DNA of 63,993 nucleotides, filler included, from Octopus bimaculoides (Eukaryota): the NCBI RefSeq assembly GCF_001194135.2. It is 7 parts of 7 records of this genome, joined end to end, with 100 filler letters (N's around TTAATTAATTAA, not from the genome) between each part and the next. Parts side by side here need not be neighbours in the genome. Positions count along the whole stretch, not along the records: positions 1 to 17,080 come from NC_069010.1; 6 more parts are not named here. One strand, 5' to 3'. Both the position numbers and the translations under genes were made by a program. The notes beneath the pieces were generated by a model, which saw nothing but the letters and a program-made list of their open reading frames with translations, was not told the DNA's origin and did no database searches. Position 1 is the first letter of the stretch. Every line of letters starts with the position of its first letter. Below, piece by piece: positions 1 to 12,499 of the stretch.

Positions 1-52
1 TTTTTTAAATATACGCTTTTCTCTCCTTCTCACACACAAAGCAACACACATC

Positions 53-100
<48 letters not shown>

Positions 101-669
101 TTTCCCTCTCTCTCTTTCTCTCTCTCTCTCCCACACATACACACAACACACACTTTCTGTCTCGCACTCCTAATCAACACATTCACACGCCCCTGTCTAT
201 TTTCTCTTGTTCACTTTATTCTGACACAAAAAAAATGTACATTTCTAGCCACAGAAATAAATAAATAAAAGATATTTAAGGAATTTACCGAACACCGTAT
301 GGTAACAGCTGAGCCCGTTTTCTGCAACGTACTGTTTGAGTTTGTGGATGTAAGATGTTTCTCAGAGAATGGGTTCACACGCACATACACACACAAAAAT
401 ACATACATCTTCCGGTGTAAGGAAGACAATTAATTTCTGACTGTTACATCGCAAAGAGTTACCTTTCTCGTCCACAATATTGAAGGCTTTTCTGACCTTC
501 TGAACCTAGGTTCCCCATTACTCCATATTACTCCATAAGTGAAAAAGCTAAAACATGTAGAACGATCTGTGGAACGTAAGTGATGTATTTGCGAAGTATA
601 AACGAAATCGGATGAAATATATTAATTTTACTTGTGATCAAGCTAATGGTTGGTCACTACGCGCGCACG

Positions 670-742
<73 letters not shown>

Positions 743-775
743 TCGTTTTATACATTATAGATTAATAACACATAC

Positions 776-800
776 CTTGACAAGCAATATAACGTTGGTT
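776..800 (-). CDS. RPTP exon: PTP motif 4 (NQRYIACQG)
   Basis: YIAxQG motif; acceptor tttgttttgtttcag, donor gtatgt; 25 nt, phase 0-1. I found no GP..T..DFW exon in 1-775, so the gene continues outside the window. Confidence 0.88.
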
Positions 801-1499
801 CTGAAACAAAACAAAGTTAATTTTAAAAGTTATCAACATGTCATTCATTCAATTATTAAATATCAAACAACGAAATACATAATTTTATTCACTAAATTTT
901 AATGGTCATTGTTTTTCATAGTTTTTGTTATAGTAAATCTTAGTTTAAGATTATTGTTACTGTAACTCATCTACAATGAGATTGCCCATGGAGGGTTATA
1001 AAATAAACACAGTAAATCCAAAGTAACAGTCGTCATTTATAATACTCTCCTAACTTTATATTTACAAATTATTCAGTTTACCTGGAAATAAATGAGTGTT
1101 ACTTTCCATTGTGAATAGCTGTAGATGTATTTGTTGATGTTATTATTGTAGTAGATGCCTTTCTTTTATCTTTTACATGTTTCAGCCAATAGACTACGGC
1201 CAGGCTGAGGCACTGCCTTGAGTTTTGTTTCAGTGGAATGAACCAACCCCAGTCTTTCTTTTTAAGCCTGGTACATATTCTATTGGTCTCTTTTACCGAA
1301 CCGCAAATTTACGAGTACGCAAACAACACCAATATCAGTTGCCGAGCGGTGGTGGGGGACAAACACAGACATAAACAAACACTCACACATACATACATGC
1401 ATACATACATGCATACATACATAAACACATACACGTACATACATATATAAACACACACACAAACATACATATTGTGTACATACATACGTACACACACAC

Positions 1500-1573
<74 letters not shown>

Positions 1574-1606
1574 NNNNNNNNNNNNNNNNNNNNNNNNNNN
1601 NNNNNN

Positions 1607-1641
<35 letters not shown>

Positions 1642-4600
1642 CATATACAGTTCTCGACGCCACATGGTACAAACCGAAGATGAGAAGCCGAAGAATTTAA
1701 CCTAATCCAAAAGAACTCTTTCAGTAGAAATTAATATTTTCTCAAAAGGCCCAAGATTTACCCCAATACCGCAGCACTCTAACACGAATGAAATGCGGAA
1801 CGATATTTCACAGTTCTGTAGAAAATTATGCACAACAGAGGAAGTGTACGATAAAGAAAACAGGGACAAATGAATTGCAAGAAACAAGAGCGATTACAAA
1901 ACTACGAAAGGTAATAAAAACTTGGGATAAATTTTGTGATTTTATATCTACCTCCCCTTACAAAGAACTTCCACGCCCTAAAATCAAGCCCAATACAACT
2001 CGAAAGGAATGGGATATTTTACATGAACTGAAAAACAATAACGGCATTATAATTAAAGATGCAGATAAGGAAAGTGCTATAGTTATTATGGATATTGAAC
2101 TACAAGATATTACCCACTACAAGAATGGTAAATCATTGCCAAAAATCGAAGACAATGACTAAACTGAACAAACTCATCTACATACATCAAAAAGGTTTAA
2201 CTAACAAAGAATGTAATTACCTAATCCATTTTGATTGCAAGACTAGCTACTTCTACGCTCTCCCAAAATTCCATAAGAAACCAGCTATTAAGAATGCATG
2301 AAACAGCTTGAAGTTGAATAAACACAAAAGTTGAATAAACATAAAAGTTGAATAAACATACACCGACCCTTAATTGAGACCAATCGTAGCAGGCTCGAAC
2401 TGTGAAACACACAGACTCAGCAAAGTTATCGGTACATTACTGAAACCTTTTCTAAAATACATACCAAGTCTTGTAAGAGACGACCTGGACCTGTTATAAC
2501 CACCCCCAAAATCCATAAACAATGATACCATTATTGTATCTTTTGATACGGTAAACCTATATATCACAATCCCACAGCAATATGGACTAGAGGGAATGAA
2601 TACCTGGCTGAAGAAATTCTCTTAGGAAATTCCAGGCAGAATTGAAAAATGGTTCACCACTGAAGGATTAAAATTTATCCTCGAAAACAACTATTTTGTC
2701 CTCGATAGCAATATTTGCAAATATCTGGGACTGCGAAGGGGACAAAAATTGATCCGACGTACACCAATCTAGTCATGGCATACATGGAGATCCAGATATA
2801 TGAACAATCTAAATTAAGATATAGCTCGAACTTCCACAAGCATCTATTAGAAAACTGGAATCTCTATAAAAAATAGGGCAAGCTTCAAACACTAATCAGA
2901 AGCAAAACAGTTGTGAAATAAGCCGTCTTTCCATTTCAAGTGTTTAAAAATCAGTGTAAACTGTGAGACTGAGCCCGGATTCCTATGGTTCAGGGGGAAG
3001 CTTCTCACCAAACAGCCACGCCGACGCCTATGTTTGTTATATTTTTTTACTGATCAAATTCTTTTATTCTTCTAATTTTCTTCCTCTCTACTGCTAAGAG
3101 AATGACAAACACTTTTCTGTGAATTTGCGAAACCATACTCCATATTACGTACAAAGTAGGTTATGAGATAATAGGATAAACATTCTGTTACTTTCATAAA
3201 GCTACAGAATGACTTTAAAACATTTATATAGGGAAGAGATTCAAAGCAAGATGACCTTAGATTATACAGATCAACATCATCCTCATATTCCTTTGTTAAA
3301 ATAAGTTATGGTAACTTATAGGAGGGTACAATGAAATGTTTTTGACGTACACAGATGAAGTTTGCATTGATGTAATCTGAGGAAGAAATCTCGTCAGGTT
3401 GAAGTTTCACACGTGAATGATCGTCTGAAATATGCAACGAAAAATTATGTATATGTTAGCAAGATATTAGTTACATCAGCATAAAATAGAATCTATAAAG
3501 ATATCTAAAACTAAAACAATAAATATTGCTTAAATCATACAAAGCGTTTGAACAAGTGATATTTGATAAAAAGAAAATAAATACAATAAACATTAGATGA
3601 CTGTTAAACAAGCTTTTTGAATTGTTTCTATGCTTGGTAATACCAAGGTAAAGGGGGAAGCAGGTGAATTTGTAAAAACGAGAACATAAAAAGAAATAAT
3701 AGATTAAGATAACATTCCAAATCTTGCATAATTTAAATCATTCAGTAGAAATATAATTAGTTATCGGTGGATAAAATATTAGGGATAATCAATAATAAAT
3801 TATGGGACTTTAATCAGCCAGTAAATTACATTAAAAAAAAAATAGACTTTACTGAAAAAAAGTAAAAACTGTTGAATTCCAGCAGTTCACATTTCTTTGA
3901 ACTCAATATTATCACAAAATTGAATCCCTTTTAGACTAAGGTAGAATCTATTGAGTAATACCATGGCATTATTTGTTCAATATAATCTGGGTGCAAGATT
4001 TTATAATTGTTTTAAAAAGGCTAGCACCTTTGGAGGTGCATTTTATTTCAAGGACTCACCAAGCATAAATCTCCCAATTCATGGAGGTTACAAAAGTATT
4101 TAATAGAAGCATTTAAATGTGTTTGTAGGTATTTCTCATTTATCCACTTTCACTTTCACTTTCTGTCGCTGTTATCATAACGCTATATCTATTTCTCTGC
4201 ATATCATTACTTACCAGCTTTACTAGGTGCTTAAATTGATTAAACAAGTGAAAATATACAAATGAGGTAGTCTAGATTAGGTGATTTACTTCGAACATAG
4301 AAATATTACATAAACCTTTCTACTGAAGGCACAAGGCCTTGAAATTTTGCGGGAGGGGACTAGTCGATACATCAATTCCAGTGTTTCACTGGTATTTAAT
4401 TTATCGATCCCGAAGGATGAAAGACAAAGTCAACCACGGCGGAATTTGAACTCAGAACGTAGCGGCGACGGGCAAAATACCGCTAACTATTTCGTCCGAT
4501 GCAATGATTCTGCCTTAGAAGTGTTACATAATGGAAGAGATTTGTTGATTTTTTTTTTTTTCAAAAATTTTTCTTTCATTCTTCAAGTGTTTCGAAATAT

Positions 4601-5895
4601 TTCCCGTTAAAATTATTATGATTTCTCGTCAATGTTCACCACAAGTCTCTGTATCAATTCCGTTATTGTTAGAAAGAGGAATATTTGCTGAGTTGGAAGG
4701 AAAGCTACATTTTCAGGACATAACAAAGGCATACATTTTATTTAATTTGTTTTCAATTGTATAGCGAATACGAGGCTTTACAATATATGAAAGAAATCAG
4801 TATTTACATGGAAGTATAGTTTTATACTGATTCTTCTTTGCATTCTCAGGTTTCATTGCTTCATTATAAGGCATTGGTAAGAGTTTTGGCAGCCTCTGTG
4901 AATATAGAAAAATGAGAGCCGCACAATGTTAGCAATAACATAAATAACAAGACTAAATTACAGAAGATGGTTCATAAATAACGTTATCATTAGTGATACA
5001 TTATTACGAATCTAGTAACAGTAATTAAAAAATACACTACTCACAATATAATTAGCTAAAAGTTACTAACGATATACTTAGCGACACAATGGTCTTTGAT
5101 CTGGGCACAAGAGCAGCATTTTTGTTGGGAGTGGATAAGTCGATACTCTAGCTCCCAATATTTGATTGTTATTTTATTTTATAGTCTCCGAAAAGATCAA
5201 AGATGATCGCTGTGAGATTTGAACTCAGAACGTAAAGAGTTCGATGAAATAACGCAAATCAGTTTTATTCAACTCTCTAATGATTCTTCCAGCTCACCGT
5301 TAATGTCTAACAGTAGTGATACGTTTAGTAAGAAAGTACTAAAAGGCATATTATTAACAATACAGTAAATAATATAGTCCTATCAACACAACACTAAAAA
5401 TATAATTAGTGAAAACAAAGTATACTTTGTGAAACATATTAACAATGCATCAAATGATTCTATACTAATGATGTACTAATGATGGAATAACTATAAAATG
5501 GTTTTCGATTGAACAAAAACTGTTAAAATATTCATGAAAGACAGTCTCTGACCTGGAATTCCTTATTAAATGGTTCCGCTTCCTGTTTTTTATGAGCAAC
5601 ATATTTCAGTAGATTTTGCTTAAATGAAGAACTAGACAAGATGATGCATATACTTTCTCTTTCGTCCAACGATATTTCTCCAGAGAGATGTGCTATAATA
5701 AATGATAATAAATACTAATAAGAAAGAATTGCGCAAATATTCTAATATAAATACTTATAAATAAGTAGAAATACACACTCTTGCACACACATACACACTT
5801 TGACACACACTTAAAGTCTCATCTATATGTGTGTGTGTGTGTATGTGTGCATGTGTGTGTATTTGTGTGTGTGTGTATTTGTGTGTATTTGCATG

Positions 5896-5967
<72 letters not shown>

Positions 5968-8900
5968 ACAAAGCCCGCATTTATGAAAAGCTTTTTCCGA
6001 TTCAAATTCCCGTTTTAAAATATGAAATTACAGCCGCATTTCGCTTTTATGTTTTAATTTCTTTGTTTTTCAATCTGTTTTATTAATTTCTTTTCTTATT
6101 CTGCACTCAAGGTAATTCTGCTTCTCTGCATTGTGCTCTATGTGTTAGGTAATAACTGTGATTCTGTGATTCTTCTAACGAAGCATTGTACAACATTTAC
6201 TTATTTCCAATTCCTTACCTATTATGTTTCCTTTTCTCAGCATACTAGACATAGCAGCTATATTTCTATCAAATTAATATACTTCGGAGATCTAAAACAT
6301 TTCATTTCCCTAAGTAATTGTCATAACAACATAAAGTTATTGTTGGTAGAATACTTTTGTTTAAATAATATTATTATTCATCGTCATTCTAACATAGTTA
6401 CAACATGGGATATCTCCCAACTTTCCCTACAAATATTTTTGATATGCATATTTGAAAATAAAATTATCCTTGTCTTTATAAAGAAAAAGAATACATAAGT
6501 TTTCAGTCATTCAATAACTAGCTCGTAATAATGGAAAATCATTTAAAAATATTATTATCCCGATTTATATTATTCATCATCAATATACAATTGGAAAAAA
6601 AAAACGATAAAATATTCTAAGTTTTCGTTTAGCCTTTCTCAATAGCAATTAAAAGTATTCAGCAACTTGTGAATTCGGTGAGAGAGGTAGGAATGTTGGC
6701 TTAAAAGATTTTGGAGGTAAAAGCCACAAAATATTAAATATATGGGTTCATGATACGAGAAGATTTTCATTTCCTTCGTTACTCATAGTGAAATGTTTGC
6801 CAAAACTGAAGAAGCTTGCATTTAATGAATCAGTAGGTACTGTTACCAGTGTCAGAGTTGGAGCTGTTTGGGTTTAATATTGTCATTTATATCTTTCTGT
6901 TCAATATCTTACTCGAACAGCAGTACGTTTGCTTCAGCGACGACCGTTGATGTTTAATAAATTTTTAACAAGAATGACAGATCTACCGCAATTCTCCGAA
7001 TAACTCAAGTTAATATATACAATAAACGCATAATGAATACCCACGATACATTACAATGTTATTATACACGTCGTCATTAACTGAGTATGATCACCCTTTG
7101 AAGAACTGTAGCCTCAGTTTTTTTTTTATATATGTCAATATTTTTGGTTCGCAAACATCCTACAGAAACCCAATTCTTTTTGCTTGGCATGTGGAATATG
7201 TAGCGAAAGCATTGTTGAAGAAACAGTGCTAGTTAATAAACCTACCTGTATCTCCAGAAATGCCTTCTGAATATATATTTCCCGATACTTTGCGCATTCT
7301 CACATCACGTTTTACAACTGGCCTTTTTTTCCTACTAAAATATAGAAATATTTCATGAACTACTAGTGTGTAATTACCAATGTGATTCTCTGATTAAAAC
7401 AAACAAAGAATATTATACAGTTACTAGTAACGTAAAAAGTATTATTAATATTGATACACCACACGTAAGTTTATGTTAATAAATTAAAATAATTAAAAAG
7501 TGAACACCAAAGTCTTCACTTTCACACAGCAAACCAGTTGCGTTACTTATAGTTTAATACTCTTTTATTTATTTCAGAAATTTTACGAGTGAAATATTGC
7601 CAACACAAGAATATTCATTTCTCCATGATTAGATTCTGATCCTATGTGGAATATCGTTATTTTAAACATTATTAAATACATAGAGTGGCCTAACTTCCTT
7701 GTTGTCATTATTTTCAATGATATACGTTCAGAATTTATTCAGTTACCAATAGATATGAGTTGACTTTTCATCGCTGCCAGGTTAATAAAAAAATAAACGT
7801 TAAATAAACCTATCTTAGTTGTGGAAACGCTTCTTACTCGCTACACCTATGCCATGTCCGGTTATATTACGGTACCAATGTAACAAACCATAATTATTAA
7901 TGATATGTGTCAAGATTGTAAGGCGGCGAACAAGTAGAATCGTTGGTAGGCCGGGCATTCTGTCTGTCTTTACGTTCTAAGTTCAAATTCCACCAAAGTC
8001 GAGTTTGTCTTTCATTCTTTCGGGGTCGATGAAATAAGTAGCAGTTATTAATGGAGTCGATGTAGTTGAGCCACCCTTACTCAGAACCTGCTGGCATGTG
8101 CCAACATTCGAAACCAATATGTGTCAAGATTTTACCTATAAACACGCACACGCGAGCAGACAAATATGTGTCCTTAAAGCTTCCTGTTTAACATCTTACA
8201 TACGTTTCACGGTCCTTCATAAGCCACCTAGCTGCCCAATTTAAAACTTACCCAAAATACATCGTATGATTTTGTAAAGATACCTCATGATATTTATTAT
8301 TATTATTATTGAGAGAATAATTGTAACACGATTCATTAAATGTGCGTGAATCACGAGACATATCTATTAAAAAGGTTTTGTAACAGGAGAAAATATTACA
8401 AATGGAAATATCTGAGAGCAGGGATATTATATACTTAACCACTGTGCTTCTACTGTGTTAGAAAGTCGTTTGACTAAGTACCATATCCATAAAGGAGAGG
8501 AAATGGTAGATGAAACTTTTATACAGAGGAGAGGCAACTTATCTGAAATAACATCTAACCTCTATTTTCAGTTATATTCGCTGAAAGAAATGCTTTATTC
8601 CATGATATACTTTAAACACTTGCATTCTACACCAATAAATATTTTCTTGACTGTTGAAATGATTAAAATAAGCAGTATTGATTTCACTATATCAATATTA
8701 TTCAGCCCTCATCATATATATTTCCTCGCTTCATATTCCTGAAATACTAATATTAGAATTCAAATTACGACAAACGTAAATAAACAAACGAAGTTTGCTT
8801 TTTAGAAGCGTTGAGATGTCTTAGAAAGTTAAAGAAGTGATTTTAAATTCTCAAAGCGAGATTTATATATCTTAAATGTGCAGAGGAATTTGTAGTGGGT

Positions 8901-9658
8901 AGTTTAGCTTAATCCGTCAAAGCATCGTGACGCGTAATCACGGGGATGTGAGTTCGTGTCCACAGCTAGCCACCTACACTTTTCTCTGCAAAATAGGGGT
9001 AGTTCATCCTGTTCAGGCTATGTTATTAGCATTATTCTGCGATTGAGAATTTAAAATCACTTCTTTAACTTACTAATATTAGATATTAGCGTTGTTGGCA
9101 ACGCCGAGGAATGGGTCTAATAAGTTTGTAATTTTGTATCGCAACTATCTGTGTTGAAATGTCACCAAAGCAAAGTTTACTTTCATCCTACCAAAGTTAA
9201 CAAATAAAATACTATTTTAAAAAATATATTTGCGTCAAATTGGCAATTTGAAACTGCTCAATCTATTGGTATAATTGTAACCGCGAACATTAATTTAGAA
9301 TTTAAAGTAATAACAGGGCAGTTAGTGCGATTAATGTTATCATAAAGAGTAATAACGAATACACCGAAATTGGGGTGGGAAATATTGTATATTTATAAGG
9401 ATCAGATTGTATGGATTATGGATTAATAGCAATTACTATTCAGATAGTAAGGACACTAACCCAAAATTTGGTGTTCATTCAATCAAATTATTCACATTAA
9501 AAAATAAAATAATACAAAAACAAAATACATATTCACTTACCAATACCAAATTGCAACCGCCATTACCATGATTAGGACGATCAACAGAATCAATGGAACT
9601 ATCATAGAAACCAGGTTATTCTCTGTTTTTTCTGGAAATTAAAAAATGTATTGTTTAT

Positions 9659-9695
<37 letters not shown>

Positions 9696-12220
9696 CATAC
9701 GCCTACCTGTGCATATGTGTGTGTGCGTGTGTTTGTGTGAAAAATAACGTTTAGACTTTCCAAAAAGAATTTTAAATAATGCTCATGACAAATTAAATAG
9801 GGTTGGTAATGGTAATATCCTTAAATTATTGTGGCTATGGATATGTGTAGCAACTGATGTAAAAAAAGATTTGCAAGAAAATCTAATAATCGCTCAATAA
9901 TATTATTGAGTAAGAGATTAGTAGTTTATCTAACCTTTGCATCTCTTGGAAGTATTGTCCCAGTCATATCCCGTGATGCAACCTTCCTCACAATGTCCCG
10001 TGACTTGATCACATTTAGAACCTACACACAATTCACAACGTTCCATACACATATCTCCATAGAATCCAGGAACACATTCTGCAATAACAAAAATGAAAAA
10101 AAAAAAGAATATTATGGTAACTATGTATTTCACTAACGTTAGTATCTAATATTCAGTTGCAATAATATTTCATAGAATGATTACGGTTTAAATTTAATAA
10201 TTGGAGTGTCTCTTCATGTCAATGGCACATCAAATATTACATGTATAATTATATAAACTGATGACTATGAATCTACAACATCTGCATTCAGTTCATCATT
10301 ATAACGCCGGACAAAATGCGTAATGGCATATTGTCCGTCTTTACGTTTTGAGTACAAATTCCGGCGGGGTCAATTTTTACTTTTCGGAGAGAAAAAATAA
10401 GTGCCGGCCAAACAGTGGGGTTGATGTAATTGACTAGACCCCTACCCCAAAATTTTAGTTCTTGAAGAAAAAAGTACAGAGTAATGTTTTAATGACCTGA
10501 AAAATTAAGCGCACATACATGATTCGAATATTTTGTATACACGTCATCTTTGCGAATCATTGGAAAATGAAATGAGTGGCTGAATGTTCGTGAGTATGTA
10601 ATAATATATATTTCTGCGTTGGGCAATGAAATATTAGTGTAGTTAACACTTTGATGTTAATAAGATCAAACATGTTTGGTAAAATAAATTTGCAGTAATA
10701 TAAAATATAAATAATTATAATGAATCAAGAGTAGACAAACTAACTTTAATACCTTTTGTATTAAAGGTAGTTTTGTGGAATTATTTATTGACAAAAAATT
10801 ATTAATAAACAGAAATATATAAAGAAATAAAAGCACACCTCAATTCTCTATAGTTATGGATTTTCTAAGGGTTCCAGTTGATCAGATCAACGGAACAGCC
10901 TACTCGTGAAATTAATGTACAAGTGGCTGAGCACTCCACAGACACGTGCACCCTTAACGTAGTTCTCTGGGATATTCAGCGTGACACAGAGTGTGACAAG
11001 GCTGACCCTTTGAATTACAGGCACAACAGAAACAGGAAGTAAGAGTGAGAGAAAGTTGTGGTGAAAGAGTACAGCAGGGTTCGCCACCATCCTCTGCCGG
11101 AGCCGCGTGGAGCTTTAGGTGTTTTCGTTCAATAACACTCACAACGCCCGGTCTGGGAATCGAAACCGCGATCCTATGACCGCGAGTCCGCTGCCATAAC
11201 CACTGGGCCATTGTGCCTCCACTGTAACAGAAGAAAGTAATGGAAGTAATGAGACAGATTAAGCTCTGTTGAAATTTTTCTTTTCAAGAGAGAAATAAAG
11301 TTTCGATTTTCCAGAAGTTATTTCAAATAATGCTCATACCAAATTAAATAGAGTTGGTAACGGTGATATTCTTGAAATTTTGTGGCTCTGAATATTTGTT
11401 GGAACTGACATAAGAAAGGTTTGCAAGAAAATCTAACAATCCCTTAGTAAATTTTGTGTTTGAGCAGGAAAATAAAAGTTTATCTAACCTTTGCACTTCC
11501 TGAAAAAGTTGTCCCAGTAATATCCTGAAACGCAACCTTGCTCACATCCCGTGACTTGATCACATTTAGAATCTACACACAATTCACAACGTTCCATACA
11601 CATATCTCCATAGAATCCATGAACACATTCTGCAATAACAAAAACGATAAAAAAAGATATCGCGGTAACTGTATGTATTTCTCTAACGTTAATATCTAAT
11701 ATTCAGTTGTAATAATATTTTATAGAATGATTATAATTTATATTTAATAACTGGCGTGTCTCCTCATGTCAATGATACATCAAATATTACATGTATAATT
11801 ATATAAAATGATGACTATAAATCCTAAACACCTGCGTTCAGTTAATCGTTTGCACGCCGGACAAAAAGCTTAGTGGCATGTCGTCCGTCTTTACGTTCTG
11901 AGATTAAATTGCGGTGGGGTCGATTTTTACCTTTCGGGGTGAAATGATAACTGCCGGTCAAACTATGGGGTTGATGTAATTTACTAGACCCCTCCTGCAA
12001 AATTTCAGGCCTTGAAAGAGAACATAAGTAATCTTTTTAACGACCTCAAAAATTAACATAACCATACAAGAGTCGAATATTTGAATACGCGTCATCTTTC
12101 CAAATCATAGAAAATGGAATAAGATAAGTGAGTGAATGTGCTTACGTAATGATATATGAATATATGCATAAACACATACATACGTACATATGTATATACA
12201 TCCATACATACATATGTATA

Positions 12221-12252
<32 letters not shown>

Positions 12253-12443
12253 CATACATATACATACATACATATATATATATATAATCTCCTCATATAT
12301 ATGTAATAATCCTTTCTTCTACTATTACCGTCTCCGATGAAGGGATACATTGAATTTTCCCTGAAACAGCTGTAATACTTTCTACATAAAATATAAATTT
12401 ACTTATGCCATTGGTCTCTTTATCTCATTCTTTTATACACACA

Positions 12444-12499
<56 letters not shown>

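Larger units (their letters stand above)
9770..12150. repeat. Tandem duplication of about 830 bp (9770-10600 and 11325-12150) containing the EGF exon
   Basis: Intronic flanks align by eye (aataatgctcat..aaattaaatag; gttgatgtaat..actagaccc); both copies hold the same decayed family A SINE. Confidence 0.93.

Noticed and set aside
4140-4215. Minus-strand QRNRYSVM resembling KNRY
   Set aside because: The true motif-1 exon is 4808-4895; this one has no usable splice sites and ends in a stop.
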